A stretch of DNA of 64,000 nt, from NCBI RefSeq assembly GCF_947648125.1, contig NZ_CANSMR010000008.1, forward strand, positions 172,509 to 236,508, written 5' to 3'. The notes under the pieces are model-generated. The model was not told the DNA's origin. It ran no database searches and was given only the letters and a program-made list of their open reading frames with translations. Positions 19,105 through 28,088 of this stretch are shown one piece after another. How positions within the stretch are numbered: the first letter of the stretch is position 1; every line of letters begins with the position of its first letter. Origin of the DNA: an uncultured Bradyrhizobium sp. (lineage in GTDB: Bacteria > Pseudomonadota > Alphaproteobacteria > Rhizobiales > Xanthobacteraceae). The position numbers and the translations under genes were made by a program.

Positions 19105-20385
19105 TCAGGCGCGCAGGGCCTGGTCGAGGTCCGCGATCAGGTCTTCCTTGTCCTCGATGCCGATCGACAGCCGCACCACCTCGGGCGCCGCGCCGGACTT
19201 CACCTTGGCGGCGTCGTCGAGCTGGCTATGGGTGGTGGAGGCCGGGTGGATCACCAGCGAGCGGGTGTCGCCGACATTGGCGAGATGTGAGAACAGCTTC
19301 AGGTTCGACACCAGGTTGACGCCTGCGTCGTAGCCGCCCTTGAGGCTGAAGGTGAACACCGCGCCGGCGCCCTTCGGCGCATATTTGCGCTGCAGGGCGT
19401 TGTACCTGTCGCCGGGCAGGCCGGCGTAGTTCACGGCTGACACGGCGGGGTGGGTAGAGAGGAATTCCGCCACCGCCTTGGCATTGTCGCAGTGCTTCTG
19501 CATACGCAGCGGCAGCGTCTCGATGCCGGTCAGGATCATGAAGGCGTTGAACGGCGACAGCGCGGGGCCGAGGTCGCGCAGGCCGAGCACGCGGCAGGCG
19601 ATCGCGAAGGCGAAATTGCCAAAGGTCTCCTGGATCCGGATGCCGTGATATTCCGGGCGCGGCTCGCTCAGCATCGGATATTTGTTGTCCTTCGACCAGT
19701 CGAAGGTGCCAGCGTCGACGATGATGCCGCCGAGCGAATTGCCATGACCGCCGAGGAACTTGGTCAGGGAGTGCACGACGATGTCGGCGCCATGGTCGAT
19801 CGGCTTGATCAGATACGGCGAGGCGAGCGTGTTGTCGACGATCAGCGGCACGCCGGCCTTGCGCGCGACGGCCGCGATCGCCTCGATGTCGGTGATGCTG
19901 CCGGCGGGGTTGGCGATCGATTCGATGAAGATCGCCTTGGTGTGCGGCGTCACCGCCTGCTCGAAGCTTGCGACGTCGTCGGGATCGGCCCAGGCGACGT
20001 TCCAGCCGAACGCCTTGAAGGCGTGGGTGAACTGGTTGATCGAACCGCCATAGAGCTTGCGCGCTGCGATGATCTCGTCGCCGGGCTTCAACAGCTGCTG
20101 CAGCACGACGAGCTGCGCGGCGTGGCCGGAGGCAACCGCGAGCGCGGCTGTGCCGCCCTCGAGCGCTGCGACGCGTTCCTCCAGCACCGCATTGGTCGGG
20201 TTGCCGATACGGGTATAGATGTTGCCGAAGGCCTGCAGGCCGAACAGCGAAGCCGCATGGTCGGCGTCGTTGAAGACGAATGACGTGGTCTGGTAGATCG
20301 GCGTCGCCCGCGCGCCGGTGGTGGGATCAGGCTGTGCGCCGGCGTGCACGGCGAGGGTGGAAAATCCCGGAAGGCGATCGGTCAT
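19105..20385 (-). CDS. metY: O-acetylhomoserine aminocarboxypropyltransferase (sulfhydrylase), PLP-dependent
   Basis: Full-length Cys/Met-metabolism PLP enzyme. The PLP-lysine region is 'HSLTKFLGGHGNSLGG' and the N-terminus is 'FSTLAVHAGAQPDPTTGARATPIYQTTSF'. Confidence 0.9.
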   Translation of the reverse strand: MTDRLPGFSTLAVHAGAQPDPTTGARATPIYQTTSFVFNDADHAASLFGLQAFGNIYTRIGNPTNAVLEERVAALEGGTAALAVASGHAAQLVVLQQLLKPGDEIIAARKLYGGSINQFTHAFKAFGWNVAWADPDDVASFEQAVTPHTKAIFIESIANPAGSITDIEAIAAVARKAGVPLIVDNTLASPYLIKPIDHGADIVVHSLTKFLGGHGNSLGGIIVDAGTFDWSKDNKYPMLSEPRPEYHGIRIQETFGNFAFAIACRVLGLRDLGPALSPFNAFMILTGIETLPLRMQKHCDNAKAVAEFLSTHPAVSAVNYAGLPGDRYNALQRKYAPKGAGAVFTFSLKGGYDAGVNLVSNLKLFSHLANVGDTRSLVIHPASTTHSQLDDAAKVKSGAAPEVVRLSIGIEDKEDLIADLDQALRA

Positions 20386-20530
20386 TCTTTGTGTCCTGTT
20401 GTGGCCTGGTCGAAACGCGCGGCATGCTGATGGCGGCGGTGCCCGCCGTCAAGCGAGTTAGGCACGCCGCCAGTTTTGGGAGGGGCATCCCACGCTATAC
20501 TAGGTGATCGGAACGATTATTCCGGAGATG

Positions 20531-21115
20531 TCAGGTCGTCTCGGTCTTGTTCTTCGCCGCGCGGTCGGATGCCGCAGTCTGGCCGCCGCCAAAGCTCGTG
20601 CGGTTGAGCGACAGCCGCATGCCCTGGGTCGGGATCGGCGCGCGCTTGGAACTCAGCGTGCGCGAATTGACGCCCATCCAGGATATCTCCGACGACAGCC
20701 GGCCATACTCGATCTTCGGGCAGCGGTTCATCACGACCTTGAGGCCCGCGGCTTCCGCCTTCTCGGCGGCGGCATCGTTGCGTGCGCCAAGCTGCATCCA
20801 GATCACCTTCGGCGGCGGCGCCAATTTCAGCGCCTCGTCGACGACCGGCATGATGTGGCTCGAATTGCGGAAGATGTCGATCATGTCGATCGGCCGATCG
20901 ATGTCCGCGAGCGATGCGACGAACGGTTTGCCCATCAGCGCCTTGCCGACATGGCCGGGGTTGACCGGGATCATGTCGTAGCCGCGCTGCGCCAGATATT
21001 TGAACGCGAAATAGCTCGGCCGCACGTTGACCGGCGACGCGCCGACCATCGCGATCGATTTCACGTTGTTCAGGATGCTGCGGATGTAGTTGTCGTCGTA
21101 GGCGTCGTGGTTCAT
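20531..21115 (-). CDS. CoA-binding domain protein (YccU-like)
   Basis: 'SIAMVGASPVNVRPSYFAFKYLAQRGYDMIPVNPG' is the typical CoA_binding_2 N-terminus. Confidence 0.85.
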   Translation of the reverse strand: MNHDAYDDNYIRSILNNVKSIAMVGASPVNVRPSYFAFKYLAQRGYDMIPVNPGHVGKALMGKPFVASLADIDRPIDMIDIFRNSSHIMPVVDEALKLAPPPKVIWMQLGARNDAAAEKAEAAGLKVVMNRCPKIEYGRLSSEISWMGVNSRTLSSKRAPIPTQGMRLSLNRTSFGGGQTAASDRAAKNKTETT

Positions 21116-21134
21116 CGTTCGTCTTTTTCAATTG

Positions 21135-21216
21135 CGTCATTGCGAGGAGCGAAGCGACGAAGCAATCCATGCTTTCTTGTGGTGCGATGGATTGATTCGC
21201 TTCGCTCGCAATGACG
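21135..21216. repeat. REP-like palindromic element, family A (complete copy)
   Basis: Left arm CGTCATTGCGAGGAGCGAAGCGACGAAGCAATCCAT and right arm ATGGATTGATTCGCTTCGCTCGCAATGACG are inverted. It shares GAAGCAATCCA/CTCGCAATGACG with 1640-1712. Confidence 0.7.
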
Positions 21217-21221
21217 GGAAG

Positions 21222-22049
21222 TCACTTGTCCTGCCACTTCGGATCGCGCTTCTCGATGAAGGCGCCGATGCCTTCCTCGGCGTCGCGCGCCATCATGTTC
21301 TCGGTCATCACCTCGGCCGCGAAGCGATAGGCGTCTGCGAGGTTCATCTCGGCCTGGCGATAGAATGCCTCCTTGCCGAGCTTGACGGTGTAGGCCGATT
21401 TCAGCGCGACCTTTTGCGCCAGCGCGATCGCGGCGTCGCGTTCGGTGCCTGCCGGCACCACGCGGTTGACGAGGCCGATGCTCTGCGCTGTTGCCGCGGA
21501 GACGGGTTCACCGGTCAGCAGCATCTCCATCGCCTGCTTGCGCGGCACGTTGCGCGACAGCGCCACCATCGGCGTCGAGCAGAACAGGCCGATGTCGACG
21601 CCAGGCGTCGCAAACGCCGCAGCCTCGGAGGCGACCGCGAGGTCGCAGCTCGCGACGAGCTGGCAGCCCGCTGCGGTCGCGATGCCCTGGACGGACGCCA
21701 CCACCGGCTTCGGCAGGTGCACGATCGCCTGCATCATCGCGCTGCAGGCGTTCATGATCTGCGCGAAATAGGCGCGGCCGCGGTCGGCGTCGGTGCGGCG
21801 TGCGGTGAGCTCCTTGAGGTCGTGGCCGGCGCAGAAGGCCGGACCGTTGGCGGCGAGCACGACCGCCCGGATGCTCTTGTCAGCGCCGATATCGCTCAGC
21901 GCAGCGTGCAACTCGCCGATCAGGCCCTCGGAGAGGCTGTTGCGCGCCGCGGGGCGATTGAGCGTCAGTAGCGCGATACTGCCGGCGGTCTCGCGCAGCA
22001 GGATCGGCTGGTGTTGCGGCGCTTCCGCGCGGGCGGCTTGGGCGGACAT
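21222..22049 (-). CDS. Enoyl-CoA hydratase/isomerase family protein
   Basis: Crotonase fold motifs are present: 'ALLTLNRPAARNSL', 'VVLAANGPAFCAGHDLKEL', 'PVVASVQGIATAAGCQL'. Confidence 0.9.
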   Translation of the reverse strand: MSAQAARAEAPQHQPILLRETAGSIALLTLNRPAARNSLSEGLIGELHAALSDIGADKSIRAVVLAANGPAFCAGHDLKELTARRTDADRGRAYFAQIMNACSAMMQAIVHLPKPVVASVQGIATAAGCQLVASCDLAVASEAAAFATPGVDIGLFCSTPMVALSRNVPRKQAMEMLLTGEPVSAATAQSIGLVNRVVPAGTERDAAIALAQKVALKSAYTVKLGKEAFYRQAEMNLADAYRFAAEVMTENMMARDAEEGIGAFIEKRDPKWQDK

Positions 22050-22119
22050 GGTGAAATTCCACTTTGGTCTCTATGACAACTTAATGTAACAGGCAGGCTG
22101 AAGCGAGGGCAGGGACGGC

Positions 22120-22548
22120 ATGGCGATTGCGAAAATGAGCGTGGCTGATCTGGAGGAGTTCCTGCGTAAGGAATTTCCGCAGGCGTTCACCCACGACGAT
22201 ATCAGGATCGAAAGCGCCGACGGCGGGACGGCCCTGCTGCGCCAGCGCTTCAGCGAGCGCATGCTGCGGCCGGGCGGCACGGTGTCCGGACCGACCCTGA
22301 TGGGGCTGGCGGATTTCGCGATGTATGTGGTGCTGCTGTCGGCGATCGGGCCGATCGGCCTTGCCGTCACCACCAACCTCAACATCAATTTCCTGCGCAA
22401 GGGCCAGCCGGGGCAGGACGTGCTTGCCGTCGCCAAGCTGCTCAAGCTCGGCAAGCGGCTAGCGGTCGGCGAGGTGAACCTGCTGTCCGGGACCTCTCCG
22501 GATCCGATCGCCCATGTTACGGCGACCTATTCCATTCCAAATCAATAG
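22120..22548 (+). CDS. PaaI-family (hotdog-fold) thioesterase
   Basis: 142 aa. 'GGTVSGPTLMGLADFAMYV' and 'GKRLAVGEVNL' match the PaaI/YbgC-type hotdog pattern. Confidence 0.85.
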   Translation: MAIAKMSVADLEEFLRKEFPQAFTHDDIRIESADGGTALLRQRFSERMLRPGGTVSGPTLMGLADFAMYVVLLSAIGPIGLAVTTNLNINFLRKGQPGQDVLAVAKLLKLGKRLAVGEVNLLSGTSPDPIAHVTATYSIPNQ

Positions 22549-22620
22549 GCTTTCTCACGGTATTATTACACCATATTTATAAGCCATTGTTTTTACTGTT
22601 GTAATTAGCGCGTTTCGACG

Positions 22621-22649
22621 TTGACGTGCGCCCGCGGCTTCTCTAGAAA
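22621..22649 (+). promoter_or_regulatory. Candidate sigma-70 promoter of rplM-rpsI (TTGACG-N17-TAGAAA)
   Basis: The -35 TTGACG (22621-22626), 17-nt spacer and -10 TAGAAA (22644-22649) are preceded by an unusually AT-rich stretch (22556-22610) and lie about 50 nt upstream of the rplM ATG. Confidence 0.4.
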
Positions 22650-22701
22650 CCCACGCAGTTCGGCGTATTCGGCGCCGATTTCCTTTTCACGGATTTCACA
22701 C

Positions 22702-23166
22702 ATGAGCACGTTCTCGGCCAAGCCCGCCGAAGTGACGAAGAAGTGGGTCGTGATCGACGCCAAGGGTCTGGTCGTCGGTCGCCTCGCCACGCTCGTCGCG
22801 ATGCGCCTGCGCGGCAAACATCTGCCCACCTATACCCCGCATGTCGATTGCGGCGACAATGTCATCATCGTCAACGCCGCGCATGTGGTGCTGACCGGTC
22901 GCAAGCGCGACCAGAAGGTCTACTACAAGCACACCGGCTTCATCGGTGGCATCAAGGAGCGCACCGCGAAGCAGATCCTCGAGGGTCGCTTCCCCGAGCG
23001 CGTCGTCGAGAAGGCGATCGAGCGCATGATCCCGCGCGGTCCGCTCGGCCGCATGCAGATGGGCAATCTGCGCGTCTATCCGGGTGCCGAGCATCCGCAT
23101 GAGGCCCAGAGCCCCGAGAAGGTCGATATCGCTTCCCTGAATCGCAAGAACACGAGGGCCGCATAA
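22702..23166 (+). CDS. rplM: 50S ribosomal protein L13
   Basis: '[47 protein letters not shown]' is canonical L13. Starts at ATG 22702. Confidence 0.97.
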   Translation: MSTFSAKPAEVTKKWVVIDAKGLVVGRLATLVAMRLRGKHLPTYTPHVDCGDNVIIVNAAHVVLTGRKRDQKVYYKHTGFIGGIKERTAKQILEGRFPERVVEKAIERMIPRGPLGRMQMGNLRVYPGAEHPHEAQSPEKVDIASLNRKNTRAA

Positions 23167-23642
23167 TGTCCGATACGTTGCAGTCCCTCGACCAGCTTTC
23201 GCAGGTCAAGCCGGCGGCTCCCGACGCGCCGAAGTACGTCAAGAAGGTCGACAAGTTCAACCGCGCGTACGCGACCGGCAAGCGCAAGGACGCGGTCGCC
23301 CGCGTCTGGATTAAGCCGGGTGCCGGCAAGATCTCGGTCAACACCCGCGACATCGAAATCTACTTCGCCCGCCCGGTGCTCCGCATGATGATCCAGCAGC
23401 CGCTGGTCGCTGCCGCCCGTAACGGCCAGTACGACGTAATCTGCACCGTCGCCGGCGGCGGTCTCTCCGGCCAGGCCGGGGCTGTCAGACACGGCATCTC
23501 GAAGGCGCTGACCAACTTCGAGCCCGAGCTGCGCGGCGTCCTCAAGAAGGGTGGCTTCCTGACCCGTGACTCCCGCGCGGTCGAGCGCAAGAAGTACGGC
23601 AAGGCCAAGGCCCGCAAGTCCTTCCAGTTCTCGAAGCGCTAA
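23166..23642 (+). CDS. rpsI: 30S ribosomal protein S9
   Basis: The C-terminus '[27 protein letters not shown]' is canonical S9. The ATG overlaps the rplM TAA (ATAATG). Confidence 0.97.
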   Translation: MSDTLQSLDQLSQVKPAAPDAPKYVKKVDKFNRAYATGKRKDAVARVWIKPGAGKISVNTRDIEIYFARPVLRMMIQQPLVAAARNGQYDVICTVAGGGLSGQAGAVRHGISKALTNFEPELRGVLKKGGFLTRDSRAVERKKYGKAKARKSFQFSKR

Positions 23643-23690
23643 TTCGAGTTCTAAAATTCGCGGCAATTGCCGCGTGCATCGAGCTGCAGA

Positions 23691-23713
23691 GGGCGCCGCG
23701 AGGCGCCCTTTTT
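23691..23713 (+). terminator. Rho-independent terminator of rplM-rpsI
   Basis: GGGCGCC-gcga-GGCGCCC stem followed by TTTTT. Confidence 0.8.
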
Positions 23714-23888
23714 GCTGTGCCTAACCGCGCGCGCTTCGACGCGAATTAGCGCAGTTTTTCAAGAAAACTTGCGTGTGCGTGCAAACGAAATTGGAACTCG
23801 GGCCTTCTAGCTTGCGGTCTCGCACTGGCGCTGCATCACCGTATTAATTGCGCCTGCGAACGTTGCATCACCGGGCTGGGGTGACTCT

Positions 23889-25106
23889 ATGTCGTTCGAT
23901 CCATCGACGCTTTATCTGTTCGCTACCATGGTCGCGGGCATGCTCGGCGCCATGCTCTGGTTGTTCGGCAGGCAGGAGAACATTGCCGCGCTGAAATGGT
24001 GGGGCACCGCCTATCTGCTCGGCGCGGCCTCGGTCGCACTCTGGACGGTCGGCAGCTCGACGCTCGATCCGATGGTTCTGCTGGGGCTCAATGCGATCGG
24101 CTTCGCCGCCTGCGGCATGGTCTGGAATGCCGCGCGTATCTTCCACGGTCGCAAGGCCAACCTGCTCGGCCTCGTGCTCGGTCCGATCGCGTGGATCGGC
24201 ACCGTGACGACCATGCAGGATCCGGCGATGCGCCTGACCATCGGCGCCGGCATCGTCGCACTCTACGCCGCGTTGACCGCCTCCGAACTCTGGAGCGAGC
24301 GCCGCCGTGCGATGCAAAGGCGCTGGATCGCGATCGCGATCCCGGTCGCACATGGCTGCGTCCTGATGCTGCCGATCCTGGTCGGCGACCTGTTGCGGCT
24401 GAACGGCCAGAACTTCGTCAGCAGCTTTTGGGTCACGCTGTTCTCGATCGAGCTCGTGCTGTACGCGATAGGCACGGTGTTCGTGATTTTCATGATGGTG
24501 TCGGACCGCGCGGTAGCGGTGCACAAGACCGCTGCGTCGATCGATCCGTTGAGCGGCATGCTCAACCGCCGCGGATTCACCGAGGCCTGCACGCGGGTGA
24601 TCGAGCGGGAGGCGGTTGCCGGCCGGCCGGTCACTGTGATGATCTTCGACATCGATCACTTCAAGTCGATCAACGACCGGTTCGGCCATCCCGCGGGTGA
24701 CGAGATCCTGAAACTGTTCTCCGCCGTGGTGGTTAGCAGCCTCAGGATCAGCGATCTGTCGGGCCGGATCGGCGGCGAGGAATTCGCAGCGCTGCTGCCG
24801 TGCTCGCTGGAGGAGGGCGTCTTGGTTGCCGAGCGCGTGCGCGAGGCGTTCGAGAACAGCAACATCACCTGCGAGGAAGGCGCGGTCGACACCACGGTCA
24901 GCATCGGCGTGGCCGGCGGACCCGCCGGGACCGAGCTCGAGGTGCTGCTGGCCTCGGCCGACACCGCGCTCTACCAGGCCAAGCGCGGCGGCCGCAACCG
25001 CGTCGAGGCGGCCGAGGAATTGCCGCTGTCGCTGGAGAATTGGCGACGCAAGACTGCGGGCCTGCCGGCATCGGCGCGGCAAAAGCCGGCACCCGCCCGC
25101 GCGTGA
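23889..25106 (+). CDS. Membrane-anchored diguanylate cyclase (GGDEF domain)
   Basis: Six N-terminal hydrophobic helices precede a GGDEF domain ('DPLSGMLNRRGF', 'DIDHFKSINDRFGHPAGD', active-site 'GGEEF'). No RxxD I-site lies 5 residues upstream of GGEEF. Confidence 0.9.
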   Translation: MSFDPSTLYLFATMVAGMLGAMLWLFGRQENIAALKWWGTAYLLGAASVALWTVGSSTLDPMVLLGLNAIGFAACGMVWNAARIFHGRKANLLGLVLGPIAWIGTVTTMQDPAMRLTIGAGIVALYAALTASELWSERRRAMQRRWIAIAIPVAHGCVLMLPILVGDLLRLNGQNFVSSFWVTLFSIELVLYAIGTVFVIFMMVSDRAVAVHKTAASIDPLSGMLNRRGFTEACTRVIEREAVAGRPVTVMIFDIDHFKSINDRFGHPAGDEILKLFSAVVVSSLRISDLSGRIGGEEFAALLPCSLEEGVLVAERVREAFENSNITCEEGAVDTTVSIGVAGGPAGTELEVLLASADTALYQAKRGGRNRVEAAEELPLSLENWRRKTAGLPASARQKPAPARA

Positions 25107-25140
25107 GTGTGCGGTAACGACTGGTTAACCATTCGATCCC

Positions 25141-25389
25141 ATGCTTTCGGGCATGGAGTCGATCCGCACCCGCAATCCGCATTCAGCCCTGATGTCGCTC
25201 GAAGCCGATGCGGCTTCGGCGCGCGGCGGCTTCGCCTGCCTGTTCTCGGACTCCGATGAATACGAGACCGCGCTGATCGCCGAACGCCGCGCGCAGGGAC
25301 GATACGAACCGCCGAGGAGCCACTGGCCGATCGCGATGCTGCTCGGCGTGATGCTGATGGTCGTCGGTACCGTCCTGCTCTTCAACTGA
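25141..25389 (+). CDS. Hypothetical small protein with C-terminal TM helix
   Basis: 82 aa with GC3 about 83% (68 of 82 codons counted by hand), typical of real genes here. The C-terminus 'WPIAMLLGVMLMVVGTVLLF' is hydrophobic. There is no clear SD. Confidence 0.5.
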   Translation: MLSGMESIRTRNPHSALMSLEADAASARGGFACLFSDSDEYETALIAERRAQGRYEPPRSHWPIAMLLGVMLMVVGTVLLFN

Positions 25390-26551
25390 GCTGCGGCACG
25401 TTCGACGGAGCGGGCGTCTGCGCCGGCGCCTGATCCTCCGCCTTGAAGTGGTCGATCATCACCTTGGCGATCGCCATCAACGGCAGCGCCAGCGCGAGCC
25501 CCCAGATGCCGAACACGACGCCGAGCAGGATCTGGAACGCGAACAGCGTTGCCGGCGGGATGTCGAGCGCCTGGCGCTGGATGATCGGCGTCAGCACATA
25601 GCTTTCCAGCGCGTGGACGCCGAGGAACAGGATGAAAGCCGACAGCGCCGCGATCCACCCGCTCGCGAGGCTCGCCAGCACCACGATCAGCCCGCCCAGG
25701 ATCGCGCCGACCGTCGGGATGAAGGCGAGCAGGCCGGCTTGGATGCCGAGGATGAACGAGCTCGGAATCCCGATGATGGCAAGCCCGATCCAGGTGACGA
25801 GGAACACTGCGGTCATGGTGATGATCTGCGCGATCAGCCAGCGTTCCAGCGTCTCACCGATGCGGTCGACGATGACGGTCGCCTGCGCGCGGTATTTGGC
25901 CGGCGCGACGAACAACAATCCGGCGCGGTAAATGCTCGGCTGGGCCGCAAAGGCGAGCCCGAGGAACAGCACGATGAAGAAGTTACCGACGACGCTGACG
26001 GTGCCGAGCAGCACCTTCAGCGTCTGACTGATGATCGCGCCGCCGCTCGAGGCCAGCGCGCCGGCGCCGGGGATGCCATGCGATTGCGGCGCTGCCGGCG
26101 TCGTTGTCGTCGTCGTCACGGCGGTGCCTTCGCCCTTCGCCTCGCCGGCGGCATTGGTGAAGTCGAGATAGCTGGTATCGACGCCGCGCTGCTCGAGGAA
26201 TTCCTTGACGTTGCCGAGCTGCGATTTGATCGTGTTGCTCAGCACCGTGGCCTGCTGTGCGATCGTGGTGCCGCCGAGGAACACGATGCCGGACAATAGC
26301 CCGGCCATTGCCAGGCAGACGATCGCAAGCCGCAAGGCGTGAGGCAGCTTGGTCAGCCGGCCGAGCAGGGTGGTCATGGCATTGAGGGCGACCCCGAGCA
26401 GCATGCCCGCGAACAGCAGGAACAGGGTCGCGGCGAACTGCCAGGCGAACGTCAACAGGGCGGCGAACAGCACAATACCGATGCCGCCGACGGCGATCGC
26501 CCACGCCATATCGTTGCGGGCCTGCAGGCGATTGTCAGCCAGGTCTGTCAC
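25382..26551 (-). CDS. AI-2E family transporter (PerM-like permease)
   Basis: Multi-TM protein with the conserved C-terminal region 'LGVHALESYVLTPIIQRQALDIPPATLFAFQILLGVVFGIWGLALALPL'. GTG 26551 has AAGGGGGA upstream. ATG 26509 is an alternative. The longer ORF-track N-terminus was rejected. Confidence 0.85.
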   Translation of the reverse strand: MTDLADNRLQARNDMAWAIAVGGIGIVLFAALLTFAWQFAATLFLLFAGMLLGVALNAMTTLLGRLTKLPHALRLAIVCLAMAGLLSGIVFLGGTTIAQQATVLSNTIKSQLGNVKEFLEQRGVDTSYLDFTNAAGEAKGEGTAVTTTTTTPAAPQSHGIPGAGALASSGGAIISQTLKVLLGTVSVVGNFFIVLFLGLAFAAQPSIYRAGLLFVAPAKYRAQATVIVDRIGETLERWLIAQIITMTAVFLVTWIGLAIIGIPSSFILGIQAGLLAFIPTVGAILGGLIVVLASLASGWIAALSAFILFLGVHALESYVLTPIIQRQALDIPPATLFAFQILLGVVFGIWGLALALPLMAIAKVMIDHFKAEDQAPAQTPAPSNVPQLS

Positions 26552-26829
26552 GGGTGATTCCCCCTTCGCGACGGTGTCCGGAGCAGTCTTTGGCGAAAAT
26601 CCCGCCGGGATCAAGCTGGGCGGACCGTGCCGGTTTGCCGGTGACGCGCCTTGGTCCGGGCTCGACCGTTGGGCGCCAGGCCGGATTTGGGGCCCCGAGG
26701 CCTGCGAATCTGTGCAGGACTGCAAGCCCCCCTGTGCAGATATAGACAGTTGATCCGGGGGGAACTCGAAGGCATGATCGTCTCTGCAAAGTCGCAAACT
26801 TAGAAAAATCATTGCGCGAGACTTCGATA

Positions 26830-27600
26830 ATGAGACGGCCCGTGGTCGGCGTGATCGGAAACGCCCATCGCATCGAAAATCGTTTCACAGTCCAGATGGT
26901 CGGGGAGCGCAACCTTCGCGCGGTTGCCGAGGTGTCGGGTGCCGTGCCCTTGATGTTCGCAGGCAGCCCCGAAATCACCGAGGTCGGCGCCTTGCTCGAC
27001 GTGGTCGACGGCGTGGTGCTGACCGGAGCGCGCGCCAACGTTCATCCGACCCGCTTCAACACCGAACCTTGCGCGGCTCACGAGCCCTACGACATCCACC
27101 GCGACGACGTCGCGCTGGCGTTGTCGGAGGCCTGCGTCGCGCGCGGCGTGCCGATCTTCGGGATCTGCCGCGGCCTGCAGGAAATGAACGTCGCGTTCGG
27201 CGGCTCGCTGCATCCGGAGATCCGCGAGATTCCGGGCCGCATGAACCACCGGATGCCGCGGCTGGAGAACGGCGAGATCCATCCCGATCCGACCGTGGTG
27301 TTCGCCGATCGTCACGACGTCGCGCTGACGCCGGGGGGCGCCTTCGCAAGGATCCTCGGCTGCGAGACCATTCGGGTCAATTCGCTGCACGGCCAGGGCA
27401 TCCTCGAGCCCGGCAAGCGCGTCGTGATCGAGGGCATCGCCGAGGACGGCACCATCGAGGCGATCCGCATCGCCGATGCGCCCGGCTTTGCGCTCGGCGT
27501 GCAATGGCACGCCGAATACGATCCGCAGCGCAACCCGATCAACCGCGCGCTGTTCGAGGCCTTCGGCGACGCACTGCGCGAGCGTCGGCGGGCGGCGTAG
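26830..27600 (+). CDS. Gamma-glutamyl-gamma-aminobutyrate hydrolase family (peptidase C26, class I glutamine amidotransferase-like)
   Basis: Nucleophile elbow 'GICRGLQEMNVAFGGSL' and 'VNSLHGQG...GVQWHAEY' (His/Glu region) are present. Confidence 0.85.
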   Translation: MRRPVVGVIGNAHRIENRFTVQMVGERNLRAVAEVSGAVPLMFAGSPEITEVGALLDVVDGVVLTGARANVHPTRFNTEPCAAHEPYDIHRDDVALALSEACVARGVPIFGICRGLQEMNVAFGGSLHPEIREIPGRMNHRMPRLENGEIHPDPTVVFADRHDVALTPGGAFARILGCETIRVNSLHGQGILEPGKRVVIEGIAEDGTIEAIRIADAPGFALGVQWHAEYDPQRNPINRALFEAFGDALRERRRAA

Positions 27601-27616
27601 GCACATCCGCACCGCT

Positions 27617-27738
27617 GTCGTCCCTGCGAAAGCAGGGACCCATACTCCGCGGCGGTTGCTGTGGAAGGGACTCGTCGTTCCAACGCTGCTCAACGATGAC
27701 CATCGGTGGTTATTGGTCCCTGCTTTCGCAGGGACGAC
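27617..27738. repeat. REP/MITE-like element, family B, with 24-bp terminal inverted arms
   Basis: GTCGTCCCTGCGAAAGCAGGGACC (27617-27640) is the exact reverse complement of GGTCCCTGCTTTCGCAGGGACGAC (27715-27738). Each arm also contains its own hairpin CCCTGC-GAAA-GCAGGG. Confidence 0.7.
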
Positions 27739-28088
27739 GCTGAATGGGTGGCACCGTCTGTGAATCACACTTCCGCATTCTCGCGGCATGAATCGTCCGA
27801 GCTCTGCAAACTCGACTGGCATTCGAGCGGAGTGACTTAGGGCCTTGCTGGCTCAGATCGGCGCGTTGCTGCCACAAAATTCAAACTGAGACACGATCCC
27901 GTCGGCCTCCGCCCCTGAACGACCCTTCTCCGTACTTATACGGATACGAAAGTGGCGGATTGCAGGGCCGGACTCGGCTAAGCAAGAAGGCGCGAGCCAC
28001 CCGATATTGCCCCGGCGCCGACGATTTTTTCCGATATTGTTTTGCTTTTCCATTTTCCGGTGCAACTGCTCACGATGAGTTGGTCGGG

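Noticed and set aside
20386-20530. Looked for a SAM-type riboswitch (e.g. SAM-II) in the metY 5' leader
   Set aside because: I could not find the conserved AAAGCU/pseudoknot-type elements I associate with SAM-II. I saw only a GC-rich inverted repeat (about 20434-20473), more likely the terminator of the upstream CoA-binding gene. An Rfam/Infernal scan would settle it.
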